From an uncultured Verrucomicrobiae bacterium (GTDB taxonomy: Bacteria; Chlamydiota; Chlamydiia; Chlamydiales; Rhabdochlamydiaceae): a stretch of 64,000 nucleotides of DNA. The stretch spans positions 1,216,001-1,280,000 of the forward strand of contig CAWDYW010000001.1 in NCBI GenBank assembly GCA_963806855.1, given 5' to 3'. The notes under the pieces were generated by a model. It was not told where the DNA came from and ran no database searches. It saw only the letters and a program-made list of their open reading frames with translations. The position numbers and the translations under genes were made by a program. Below, piece after piece: positions 1-9,274 of this stretch. Position 1 is the stretch's first letter; the number at the start of each line of letters is the position of its first letter.

Positions 1-1035
1 ATCGCCCTTTATAATTATAACCGTTTGCTCGCCCTGAATGAAGTGGGGGGGAGTCCGGAGCGTCTGGGGGTCACAAAGGAGCAGTTCCATGCCTTTTGCC
101 TCTGTAAAAGGGAAAAATGGCCCTATGGGTTTTTAGCAACCTCTACCCATGATACCAAAAGAAGCCACGATGTGCGGATGCAATTAGCCGTCCTATCAGA
201 AATTCCAGATAAATGGGAGCGGGCACTTCAATCTTGGAAAAAGAGTAATCAAAGATATAAATCGATCGTCGATGGGAAGCTCTGCCCCGATCCAAATGCT
301 GAATACATGCTCTATCAAATCCTCTTGGGAGTTTGGCCAAGTCGCCCCTCCTTCAAACGACTGTGGCAATGCTTCCATAAATCGATCAAAGAGGCGCGGG
401 AATACACCTCTTGGATGAATCCTAATTTTGAATATGAAAAAGGGTGTGAACAGTTTTTAAAATCGATTCTAAAAAAAGGGACCCCATTCTTGCTCTCCTT
501 TAGAAAGTTTCAAAAGGAGATTGCCCGCTATGGGAAGTTAAATAGCCTCTCCTCGAGCGCTTTTCAGCTAGGGTGTCCTGGAATAGTCGATATTTATCAA
601 GGGTGTGAAAACTGGCGCTATCTCCTTGTCGATCCCGATAACCGCGCTGCCCCTAAGTTTAGCGCACCAGAATCGGAAAAAAGTCGACTGCATCGCAAAG
701 CGCTCCAATTTCGCAAAGAGCATAAAAAGCTGTTTTTGGAAGGGGAGTACATCCCACTTGAAGTTCGAGGAGCTCATAAAGACCACGTGATTGCCTATCT
801 GCGCTCATATGGCGACGAGAATTGCCTTGTTGCAGTGGTCCGCTTTTTCGCCTCACTGGATACCCTTGCCGATACGTCGATTCTCCTTCCTAAAAAAATA
901 GAAGGGGGAGTGGAGCTATTTTCCGAGCGACACTTTGTCGGAAAAACCATTAAGGCAGATCAGCTGTTTGCACAAGCTCCTTACGCTTGGCTGTTTTGGG
1001 CATCAAAATCGCCGACAAGAGGCCAACGACGCTGA
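1..1035 (+). CDS. treY: Malto-oligosyltrehalose synthase, C-terminal part (5' end outside window)
   Basis: Frame open from base 1; motifs LNEVGG, ATSTHDTKRSHDVR, KSIKEAREYTSW, PGIVDIYQG, LVDPDNR typical of TreY. Confidence 0.9.
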   Translation: MALYNYNRLLALNEVGGSPERLGVTKEQFHAFCLCKREKWPYGFLATSTHDTKRSHDVRMQLAVLSEIPDKWERALQSWKKSNQRYKSIVDGKLCPDPNAEYMLYQILLGVWPSRPSFKRLWQCFHKSIKEAREYTSWMNPNFEYEKGCEQFLKSILKKGTPFLLSFRKFQKEIARYGKLNSLSSSAFQLGCPGIVDIYQGCENWRYLLVDPDNRAAPKFSAPESEKSRLHRKALQFRKEHKKLFLEGEYIPLEVRGAHKDHVIAYLRSYGDENCLVAVVRFFASLDTLADTSILLPKKIEGGVELFSERHFVGKTIKADQLFAQAPYAWLFWASKSPTRGQRR

Positions 1036-2314
1036 CGATCAGCAGCAACAACATCCCATTGTGAAATCCCTGCACAAATTCCGATTGCATCCGGACGATG
1101 GTGACCGTGACCGCTAGGCCCATGCTGCCGCCAATTTCCTGGATCGTGACAAAGGTGCCCGACGCAATCCCAGCAAAATTCTTCGAGAGCGCAAAGAGGG
1201 CTCCCGTGGTAGTGGGAGTGATGATGAGACTGATCCCGAGGCCGAGGCCACCTGCCGCCAAAGCCATCGTAAAGGGAGTGATCTCATGACTATAGTAAAA
1301 CTGCAGAAAGGACGAGAAGATCATCATGATAAACCCAATAAAGATCAGACGGCGGGGGCCTACCTTGTCATAGAAATAGCCAGAGAGGGGAGAGATGAGC
1401 CCAATCGGCACAGAAAAGGCGAGCATCATCAGGCCCGCTTGCATCGGACTAAAGCCAAGCTGTTTTTGGATGTAGAGGGGAATCAAAAAGATCCCGGCCC
1501 AGAAGAAGGCGATCATACAAAAGTTACCTAGACAGCAGAGCAGAAACATCCGATTTTTGAAGAGGTCTTCGCGGATGATCGGCATCTCAGCTCTTTTTTC
1601 GGCCACAAACAGCAGAATAAGCGAAAGGATGCTCATGCCATATAAACACAAAATCAGCCAAGTGCTCCACACAGTGCTTTGGACAGTGGCCAGAATAAAG
1701 GTCCCAATTGCCAGCGTCAGCAGAATGACCCCCGGCCAATCGAGCTTCGTCGATTCTCCCTCTGTTTTTGATTCCCTGGCAAAGAGCCAAGTCAAGAGAA
1801 AGCCTACGAGGGCGAAGGGAAGATTGATCAGAAAAATCGAGCGCCAGCTAAAGTAATTGAGGATGATCCCTCCAATAATCGGACCGAGCGCGAGGGTGAT
1901 CCCTCCTGAAGAGGCCCACATCCCAATCGCCGTGCTTTTCTTCTCCTCTGGATAGAGATCGATCAGCATCGCCTGGGAGAGGGGGAGTAGGATAGCCCCT
2001 GCAAGCCCGTAGATCGCCTGAAATCCGATGATCATCTCCGGATTGACCGCCAGTCCGCCCCCGAGCATCGCGACGGCAAAAAGAGTCGTCCCAATCAAAT
2101 AGACCCGCTTGCGTCCAAAAATATCGCCGAGTCGTCCCATCGTCACGAGCGTAGAGGCGATAAAGATCCCATAGATATTGATGATCCACTGCAGCTCTGC
2201 CAAATTTGCGCCGAGCGCTTGCTGAATCGACTCAAGGTTCGTGTTGATCAGCGAAAAGCTGAGCCCCATCGCCATGTTGCCCATGAGAACGCCGCAAATC
2301 GCCAGCCACTTCAT
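950..2314 (-). CDS. MFS drug:H+ antiporter, DHA2 (EmrB/QacA-like)
   Basis: About 13-14 hydrophobic segments; MFS motif A GRLGDIFGRKR, LQWIINIY, LGPIIGG..WRSIFLINLP. Confidence 0.88.
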   Translation of the reverse strand: MKWLAICGVLMGNMAMGLSFSLINTNLESIQQALGANLAELQWIINIYGIFIASTLVTMGRLGDIFGRKRVYLIGTTLFAVAMLGGGLAVNPEMIIGFQAIYGLAGAILLPLSQAMLIDLYPEEKKSTAIGMWASSGGITLALGPIIGGIILNYFSWRSIFLINLPFALVGFLLTWLFARESKTEGESTKLDWPGVILLTLAIGTFILATVQSTVWSTWLILCLYGMSILSLILLFVAEKRAEMPIIREDLFKNRMFLLCCLGNFCMIAFFWAGIFLIPLYIQKQLGFSPMQAGLMMLAFSVPIGLISPLSGYFYDKVGPRRLIFIGFIMMIFSSFLQFYYSHEITPFTMALAAGGLGLGISLIITPTTTGALFALSKNFAGIASGTFVTIQEIGGSMGLAVTVTIVRMQSEFVQGFHNGMLLLLIVSVVGLLSAILMPKTAKRKELVQTADLP

Positions 2315-2775
2315 TAATGGATCCCTACATAAAGCAATACATCGGTATTGCTCACTGGATCAAAGCCAAGGGGATAGACCTCGAAATCGGCGACAAAAGT
2401 CCTTCTCAGATTACCTTGCCAAACCCATTGCCATATCTCCATCATCTGATCGGGGAATTTCCCAGAGATCTCAAACACCGCATACTTGGCTGCAGGCACT
2501 TGCTTGAGCACGAGCCCCTTTGGAATCCCTCCCGCAACCGTCACCTCGCAACCAGCGACAAGCGTATAGGGCTTAGTGTGGTCCTTCTCATATTCGCAAT
2601 AGAGACCGAGCACTTCTCCCGTCTTCTGATTGGGAATTTTCGTTTGAATTTCCTCTCGATAAAACCGGCCCCAGAATGGGGGAATGTCTTGACCAGACTG
2701 CCAATTCTCATTGGTCGTTCTCAAATCAATTCCCATGACCTGCATCGGCCCCTTCTCAATCACAGTGTAATGCAT
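2314..2775 (-). CDS. Stand-alone GyrI-like / effector-binding domain protein
   Basis: VMGIDLRTTN, IPPFWGRF, VPAAKYAVF, WQWVW...DFEVY pattern; TAATG stop/start coupling to the MFS gene. Confidence 0.82.
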   Translation of the reverse strand: MHYTVIEKGPMQVMGIDLRTTNENWQSGQDIPPFWGRFYREEIQTKIPNQKTGEVLGLYCEYEKDHTKPYTLVAGCEVTVAGGIPKGLVLKQVPAAKYAVFEISGKFPDQMMEIWQWVWQGNLRRTFVADFEVYPLGFDPVSNTDVLLYVGIH

Positions 2776-2864
2776 TTTTTTAATCCTCTTGAATCTATCC
2801 CTATCTATAGGCTAACATCGATCAACATTTTAAAAAACCCAAACAAGAGATCAAAGGAGTGCAC

Positions 2865-3254
2865 ATGTCAGATATGCCGTCAGTAGGCCAATTTTGTTGG
2901 AATGAGCTTTCGACAACCGATCCAAAAAAGGCAAAAGAATTTTATGGAAAAGTCTTCGGCTGGGAATTCGAAGAGCATCCGATGGGGGATATGAACTATA
3001 TCATGGTCAAAGTCAATGGGAAGAAAGCAAGCGCCGGAATTTGGGCCATCCCTAAAGAGATGCAAAGCCAAATCCCACCCCATTGGATGTCCTATATTTT
3101 GGTTGAAAACCTCGAGAAATCTTTAGAAAAAGTGACCAAACTCGGCGGAAAAGTGGTCCGTCCTGCGACAGAAGCAGGCGATTTTGGTCGTTTTGCCATT
3201 ATCACCGATCCCACCGGGGCGATGATCGCCATCTGGGAAAACAAACCCCATTAA
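2865..3254 (+). CDS. VOC / glyoxalase / bleomycin-resistance family protein
   Basis: FCWNELSTTD..AKEFYGKVFGW, HWMSYI.V, GGKV, GRFAIITDPTGA; ATG 2865 follows AAGGAG. Confidence 0.88.
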   Translation: MSDMPSVGQFCWNELSTTDPKKAKEFYGKVFGWEFEEHPMGDMNYIMVKVNGKKASAGIWAIPKEMQSQIPPHWMSYILVENLEKSLEKVTKLGGKVVRPATEAGDFGRFAIITDPTGAMIAIWENKPH

Positions 3255-3265
3255 AAATTGCATCT

Positions 3266-3285
3266 GCCCTCCTTTCCTGGAGGGC
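3266..3285 (+). terminator. Stem-loop after the VOC gene
   Basis: GCCCTCC-tttcct-GGAGGGC; weak T tail. Confidence 0.5.
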
Positions 3286-3337
3286 TAATTCCTTAACTTA
3301 TTGACATTCAATTATTTAAATAGTATTAAGTTTTTAT

Positions 3338-3366
3338 TTGACTATTATTAATAAAACTTTTATAAT
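3338..3366 (+). promoter_or_regulatory. Sigma70/sigma66-type promoter
   Basis: TTGACT (3338-3343), 17 nt, TATAAT (3361-3366), upstream of the 3410 ORF. Confidence 0.75.
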
Positions 3367-3409
3367 TATGCTATGTTTATTAACAATAATAATTAAAAAG
3401 GAGAAAATA

Positions 3410-3592
3410 ATGTCAATTCAAGCAACAGGATCATCTGACGGTATTAATCAGTTAAAGAGTGTGGAAAATACCCGTTCGGAAAATATCCATCAGCAAGAAG
3501 CAGATAAAGTATTTGATATCGAACAGCCTAAAAAAGTTTCGGCTGTAGGTTTACGTGCGATGTTCGCTCAGATAGCAAAAAATGGTAAATAA
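3410..3592 (+). CDS. Small hypothetical protein (60 aa)
   Basis: AAGGAG RBS before ATG 3410, own promoter and terminator; MSIQATGSSDG...AQIAKNGK. Confidence 0.65.
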   Translation: MSIQATGSSDGINQLKSVENTRSENIHQQEADKVFDIEQPKKVSAVGLRAMFAQIAKNGK

Positions 3593-3614
3593 TTTTTCAA
3601 TTTAAAATTCAAAC

Positions 3615-3654
3615 CCATCGGAAAGGACTAAACTCTAGCCGATGGTTTTTTTTT
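3615..3654 (+). terminator. Intrinsic terminator
   Basis: CCATCGG...CCGATGG followed by T9. Confidence 0.65.
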
Positions 3655-3750
3655 GATAATCAGCTTTAAATTTAACATTCTTTTGGGTATAATCTTCGCA
3701 GTTAAAGAAAATTTAATAATAGATGACGACTTAAAGAATAGGAGAATAAT

Positions 3751-4599
3751 ATGTCAGGAATATGTAGCTATCTTCCCACCCAAGGACTCAGCGATTGGTG
3801 TGCAGGAATTGATATTACCGGCGTCCGCGCTGGCATCGCACTATCCATAGTGGTGATCTTTGCGCTCACTAAATTTCAAGGGCAAGTTGCGCTCCAAGAA
3901 CGGCAGGTTCAACCCTTACAAGGTAGGGTTCAAGGCGATGAAAAACTTCGTTTACTCCAGGGGACTGAAAAACTCTCTGCGTTTTTGAAAGAAGCTTTTG
4001 GGGACCCAGTTGCAAAAAAGGTCATAGCAGATGGTTTTATAAGAAATCCGTTAGACGTTTTAGGCCGATTATATCCAGAATCTCAAGCTAATCAGCTATG
4101 GGCATTTTTGCTGCGGGCCACATGTAGTACCGCTATTAGTCAACAATTTGATGTAGAAGTAGTTGAGGCACCGAGTTCAGATGGAGTCCAAATTCGTGAG
4201 CCAGCTAAAGATGTAGTCATTGATTTTATGGATCTTTCAGAAAAGCTAAATAAGGGTCCATTAAGCTGGAAGTACAAATTTAAGAAACTTGGTGAGGCTG
4301 GCCAAGAGATAATAGTGAAGGGATTCCTTAATGAGGTAGAAAAACTGGCGGAGTGTTTAGATGATTTGTACGAGCAGGACTTTGATGAAGCTGCCGGAAG
4401 AACCTTTGGTGGGGACTTAGCAGTTGATCTGAGAGACTTTCTAATGAAGCCAGCTATTGTGAAGCCTGCAGCGGTCGCGTCTATAGATGATGCTAACGAT
4501 AAAGGCAAAGATGAAGCGCTAGTGGCGCCGATTGCTGATGGGGCACAGGTTGAAGAAGAAGGGCCGCAAAGGCTAGGCATGATCCCGGTCGAGAACTAG
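3751..4599 (+). CDS. Hypothetical protein with N-terminal TM segment and acidic C-terminus
   Basis: 282 aa ORF, AGGAGA RBS; hydrophobic AGIALSIVVIFAL; no recognisable family. Confidence 0.7.
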   Translation: MSGICSYLPTQGLSDWCAGIDITGVRAGIALSIVVIFALTKFQGQVALQERQVQPLQGRVQGDEKLRLLQGTEKLSAFLKEAFGDPVAKKVIADGFIRNPLDVLGRLYPESQANQLWAFLLRATCSTAISQQFDVEVVEAPSSDGVQIREPAKDVVIDFMDLSEKLNKGPLSWKYKFKKLGEAGQEIIVKGFLNEVEKLAECLDDLYEQDFDEAAGRTFGGDLAVDLRDFLMKPAIVKPAAVASIDDANDKGKDEALVAPIADGAQVEEEGPQRLGMIPVEN

Positions 4600-4905
4600 A
4601 AACAACATAACATCTATTATCGGACGTATTCTGAATGTGTGTGATCTTGAAGAGATCACATTCATGAACCATATGACCTGTATGGGTGAAAGTCCCCCCA
4701 GACAAAGAGAAGGAGCAAATTTCATATCTTAGCCAGTATTGCGGGAATCTCAGTCAATTGACAGTTGCCTTTTTTCTCTTGCTTATTATTTGTTGATAAT
4801 TATAATGAATCATCTTCTTCCTGTGAAACCGAGGTAAAGAAGTTTGATACTTAGGCCTTTTCTTTGCCAGGAAATTACAGAAAAAATGTTACACCACCAG
4901 CCTCT

Positions 4906-4988
4906 CGCATATGACCCTCCGAATTTGAAGCGAAAATCGGCTCAAAGAACCCGAAAATCGACTGAAACTTTTTTATTAGGATAAGTTC
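4906..4988. repeat. Half copy of palindromic element family A
   Basis: CGCATATGACCCTCCGAATTTGAAGCGAAAATCGGCTC...TTAGGATAAGTTC matches one arm of the elements at 22051 and 40266 and stops at their central loop. Confidence 0.85.
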
Positions 4989-5060
4989 AAGTAGGTGAAG
5001 CCATTTTTTTCGCAGCCAAAAAGGTCGAGAAATAGAAACGTTCTAATTATTAAGAGATTT

Positions 5061-6512
5061 ATGAGTTTTGTTGGCGATTGTTTTAAAAAAATTCTAAATA
5101 TTAGGCTCCAAAGTGTTTTTCAAATTGGAGTTTCATGCGGTAATGTACTCAGTTCTGTTTCAACCCTGGCTTTGGGTTATTTATTACCAAAGCAGTCTGT
5201 TCGACCAGACTCATTTGTAGAAACTTTTTCAGAAGTGACTTCTAAAATGCGGATGAATTTGGCTTCCAGGTTCTGGAAATTCTCAGCTTTGTTTAGGGAA
5301 CATATCCCTTCACGATTGGGAGCTGATTATTTGAACGTATTGGCTATTTTGATAACACAATCTTCTACAGAAAGTCATGAGCTATCATTGAAAGAGAAGC
5401 AAATGATAGAGGAAGTATTTTCTCAAGCGGTTCTGAATAAGAATTATCTAGATAAGTTCGATTTCTTCATTGCTGCCAGTCAAAATGGTCAAATAAGAGA
5501 ACAACACAATGCTTTAAAAGAAATTTTTAGAATTTGCAACCCCCATTTTTTTCATCATTTTAAAAGTAAGATTCAAAAGTTATCACAAATAAAAAATATA
5601 CATGAACTAGATCCGCTATCTGAGGAAGAAAAGCTAACAGTATATGACATTAATGTTTTAATCAATGTAGCTTCACTGAAACCTTTATTAGAAAATTTGA
5701 AGAATAATCGAATCAAAGGGACAGAAGAAATATGTTCAAACTTTGTTCAACTAGAAATGTTGATGAAAACCCCCTTTTTTGAGGATTTAAAAAAACTCTG
5801 TTTGCAAAGCCGTCCTGCGGGAACCATTTTTCTGGGAGATCGTCGTACTTTTCAAGCACTTAATGGCTCCAGCTTTGATTGTGTAACAGCGATGCAACAA
5901 CTATTCATGGGTAGAATTTGCCATATTGGGATATTTGTTAATCCTGAAGAAAAAGGTCTTCACTTGTCACATGTCAACCGGATGACAAAAACGCATGCTG
6001 TCTTGCCTATAAAAAATCCAATAACTTTACCCTTTGCTTACGCATTAACTTTAGATATAAGGCCCCTCATTCCATCCCATTTAACTGAGCGAAAACAGAA
6101 TGAGCTCATTGAAATTTTTTTCCAGGAATTTCACACACTTGCTCAAGAAGAGCACCCAGAACTTCCTTTAGCAGAAACTAAACAACATCTCAAAATGCTA
6201 CTCTTTGGACATAAATCATTCTATGCTCAAAAGCTCGCAGAAGTTACTTATCCTTCAAAAGGTTCTGCAACAATGTGTTCTACCTATGTAGGAATCACTT
6301 TTCTTAAAGCCGTTCAAAAGATGAACCTCGTTTTAGAAGAACAGGGGTTCCAAGAAAGAATCCCTCATCCATTTGGTGAACGGGAAAATCTAATGAATAT
6401 GGATATTTTGCGTCTAATTTATCTTTTGAAGGAGTTAAAACTTGTTAAGCCATCGCCAATAAGTGAAACATTAGCAAAAGTCATTCATTCCACAAGCGCT
6501 CTAGCATTTTGA
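5061..6512 (+). CDS. Hypothetical protein, possible permuted papain-like (YiiX/YaeF-type NlpC/P60) C-terminal domain
   Basis: PAGTIFL...CHIGIFV...MCSTYV gives the His-before-Cys order; AT-rich; start placed at ATG 5061. Confidence 0.6.
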   Translation: MSFVGDCFKKILNIRLQSVFQIGVSCGNVLSSVSTLALGYLLPKQSVRPDSFVETFSEVTSKMRMNLASRFWKFSALFREHIPSRLGADYLNVLAILITQSSTESHELSLKEKQMIEEVFSQAVLNKNYLDKFDFFIAASQNGQIREQHNALKEIFRICNPHFFHHFKSKIQKLSQIKNIHELDPLSEEEKLTVYDINVLINVASLKPLLENLKNNRIKGTEEICSNFVQLEMLMKTPFFEDLKKLCLQSRPAGTIFLGDRRTFQALNGSSFDCVTAMQQLFMGRICHIGIFVNPEEKGLHLSHVNRMTKTHAVLPIKNPITLPFAYALTLDIRPLIPSHLTERKQNELIEIFFQEFHTLAQEEHPELPLAETKQHLKMLLFGHKSFYAQKLAEVTYPSKGSATMCSTYVGITFLKAVQKMNLVLEEQGFQERIPHPFGERENLMNMDILRLIYLLKELKLVKPSPISETLAKVIHSTSALAF

Positions 6513-6834
6513 TTGATTTATCTGTTTGATAAGACTGGTAAAATGCTCTCATTCTAAATATGTTACGTCTAGAAAATCCTTCAATGCCTGGGAATGCTTT
6601 TTGCAAATCTTCTCCGAGTTTTTCAATGACTCTTGCTCCCCAGTTCTCGTTTTTTTGGCGCTCGACGATTGTTTCCCCTATTTCCCAATATAATCTCACA
6701 AGTTCTCTGTTGACATTCAGATTAACTTTAATTTGTGCAACTCGGATTCTGTCTTTGAGGTCACTAAGAAGTTTGGGATAAGCGGAAGGCATCCCGGCGG
6801 AGGGTTTTTGTATTTTTTCTATCGTTGTTTCCAT
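6481..6834 (-). pseudogene. DUF1016 (YhcG-like) N-terminal fragment, nuclease domain missing
   Basis: LKDRIRVAQ...VNRELVRLYWEIG..I..Q..WG..VIEKL..DL...PG..GFSRRN..MRAFY; similarity ends after ~100 aa and the ORF runs into the convergent gene. Confidence 0.8.
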
Positions 6835-6926
6835 AGAAAATCTCCATTTGAGGGAATAGATTAATCTAAAATTTAATTGACATCAATGAGGATTTTTTTC
6901 TCCCTTCAAAGCCAAAAACCAACTTT

Positions 6927-9230
6927 TCAAGTTGTTTGGCTATCTTTAAAGAGCTTGATGATCTTGAATTTGAGAAGATCCAAGAAGAAAAAGTAGACTG
7001 CTGTGCTACCGAGTAAAAGGAAAACTAAAGATAGAGGAATCTGGGCCATCAAGATCCCCTTGCAGGCCAGGATGGTCACAAAGATGATATCGAGCCCAGT
7101 AAAGATGAGCATCCAATTGCTGGGCCTTGAGTGCCAAAAGTGTTTGCTTTCCCGCACGAGATAGAGTGTTGCTTGTCCCGTAAAGACAAGGGTCAGGAAA
7201 ACCATTGTTTGCACTTGGGGCATAGAAAGATAATGAATCGCCATAAAGAGTACTAAAAACGAGAAGCCCAATATCATGATGGCGAAGAGTCCTGCAGTGG
7301 TGATCAGCCGTTTGATATTCCATTTGTCTGGGGTATGGGAAAATGAGACCCAATCAGTGGCGATCGTCATGGTGGTGAAATCATTGATGAAAAAGAGGAG
7401 CAGGATCAGTAGCTGCGAGATGATGAATTGGCCGGTCAGCATCAAGCCGAGACCAAGCAGAACGGAGATTTCTAGGGTTTTGATGATCTTGTTTTGGATA
7501 TAGGTGAGCATCCTCTGGTAGATGCGCCTGCTCTCTTTCACCGCTTCGACAATATCGCCCAGGCCCGGATTGGTCAACACGAGGCTCGCGGCTGCTTTCG
7601 CCACGTCGGTCGCATTGCTGACGGCGATCCCCACTTCTGCTTTTTTCAAAGCGGGCGCATCGTTGACTCCATCTCCTGTCATGCCACTAATATAGCCGCT
7701 GTTTTGCAGCAATTGAACGATATGGAATTTGTCTTCAGGAAAGATCCCTGAAAAAATATCGGTCTTCTCAATGTCCTCTTTTGAAAGCTCATGGATATCC
7801 TCTCTTGAAAAGGTCCTGGTGCCGATGCCTACTTGGCCCGCGATGGATTTTGCTGTGATCCGATTATCTCCTGTCAGCATCATCACTCGAATGCCGAGGG
7901 TGTGGAGCTCCTCGATGGCTGCTTTTGAAGTGGCGCGAGGCGGGTCTTGAAATGCAAGCAGGCCGACAAATTGAAAATGCCCTTTTTGGCCAATGATGAT
8001 CCCTAATAGGCGCGATCCTCCAGAAGAGAGCTCCTTTACGTCATGTAATAGATCAACCCCTGCCATTTCGGCCAATATGAATGGAGAGCCTTTGAAGATA
8101 AAGAGCTCTTGGTCGCGATAGCGGACAATGGTCCCAGAGTGCTTCCGATTAGGGTCAAAAGGGAGAAATCGAATGCGCTCTGCGGTCGAATAGGGCGATT
8201 TCACCTCTTTCGCAGCGCTTAAGATTGTTAAATCAAACGGGTCTTGTGTCGCCTCTTCACAGGCCATCGTCGCAAGGCAGAGCAGATCCTGGTCGGTAAA
8301 GGGGGCGTAAGAGCGGAGCGCAGCGATGTGGAGGCTGTTTTGGGTAATCGTCCCTGTTTTATCGATGCATAAGATATTCATCGCCGCCGCTTCTTCAATT
8401 GCGGAAAGGCGGGTGACGAGGACTCCCCTTTTGGCAAGCTCCATCGATCCCAAAGCAGTCGAGAGGGCATAGGTAGCTGGGAGGGCGACCGGTACCGACG
8501 CAATGAGCAGCAGCAAGGAGAAGGGAACGGTGTCAAAAAGGGAGATCCCTTGATAAAATGAGTAGATGAGCAAAATCAGAATTAAGATGATGTCGAAGAT
8601 GACCAGGGATTTGACGATCGCAAAGATCGTGCTCTGAAGATGCGAAGGGGTCTTGGCCGTCCGCATGATCTCGGCCGTTTTCCCAAAAAAGGTGTTTTTC
8701 CCTGTCTCAGTGACTTTGGCATAGGCTTCCCCTTGTCTGACGATTGATCCGGCGTAGACTATGGAAGGTTCAACGGGTAATGACTCCCCTGTTATGGCTG
8801 ATTGGTCAATGGAGACTTTCCCAGACAGCAGCTTTGCATCGGCCGGGACAATGTCGCCCATCCGAAGACAGATGACGTCATCAGGAACAAGTTCCTGAGC
8901 GGGAATTAAACGCCACTGCTGGTCTCTAAGAACGCGCGCTTGAACTTTGAGTTTGCTCTGCAATAAGCGGACCGCATTTCTAGCTTTCCCTTCTTCAAGA
9001 AAACTGATCAGTGCATTGAATAAAAGCAGGATCGCGATGACCCAGGCTTCTGTAAATTTTTTTAAGAAGAGTTCTATTAAAATAATAAGCTCGAGCATCC
9101 ATGGGACGGGAGCCCAGAATTTTTGCAGAAAGAGAAGAACAGGATTTTCCTTTTCTTCCGGCATCGTATTAGGACCAAATTTTTGCAGCCGCTGCTCTGC
9201 CTCAGGAGATGTTAAACCATTTAGAATCAT
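6927..9230 (-). CDS. P-type ATPase, type IIIA (plasma-membrane H+-efflux type)
   Basis: DQSAITGES, IASVPVALPA, DKTGTIT phosphorylation site, TGDGVNDAPALK, SRRIYQRM, M6 IND motif. Confidence 0.88.
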   Translation of the reverse strand: MILNGLTSPEAEQRLQKFGPNTMPEEKENPVLLFLQKFWAPVPWMLELIILIELFLKKFTEAWVIAILLLFNALISFLEEGKARNAVRLLQSKLKVQARVLRDQQWRLIPAQELVPDDVICLRMGDIVPADAKLLSGKVSIDQSAITGESLPVEPSIVYAGSIVRQGEAYAKVTETGKNTFFGKTAEIMRTAKTPSHLQSTIFAIVKSLVIFDIILILILLIYSFYQGISLFDTVPFSLLLLIASVPVALPATYALSTALGSMELAKRGVLVTRLSAIEEAAAMNILCIDKTGTITQNSLHIAALRSYAPFTDQDLLCLATMACEEATQDPFDLTILSAAKEVKSPYSTAERIRFLPFDPNRKHSGTIVRYRDQELFIFKGSPFILAEMAGVDLLHDVKELSSGGSRLLGIIIGQKGHFQFVGLLAFQDPPRATSKAAIEELHTLGIRVMMLTGDNRITAKSIAGQVGIGTRTFSREDIHELSKEDIEKTDIFSGIFPEDKFHIVQLLQNSGYISGMTGDGVNDAPALKKAEVGIAVSNATDVAKAAASLVLTNPGLGDIVEAVKESRRIYQRMLTYIQNKIIKTLEISVLLGLGLMLTGQFIISQLLILLLFFINDFTTMTIATDWVSFSHTPDKWNIKRLITTAGLFAIMILGFSFLVLFMAIHYLSMPQVQTMVFLTLVFTGQATLYLVRESKHFWHSRPSNWMLIFTGLDIIFVTILACKGILMAQIPLSLVFLLLGSTAVYFFFLDLLKFKIIKLFKDSQTT

Positions 9231-9274
9231 TCTTCTTTCCCTAATATCCTAAAATTCTTAGTATGTCAAAAAAA

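Noticed and set aside
950..1035. Convergent 3' overlaps (treY/MFS, also recF/pgi and ychJ/52093 gene)
   Set aside because: Short tail-to-tail overlaps are common in compact genomes
2317..2886. 189 aa plus-strand ORF
   Set aside because: Antisense shadow of the GyrI-like gene
4632..4664. TGTGA...TCACA as a CRP-type site
   Set aside because: Spacer is 11 nt rather than 6 and it lies just after a stop codon; more likely a 3' hairpin
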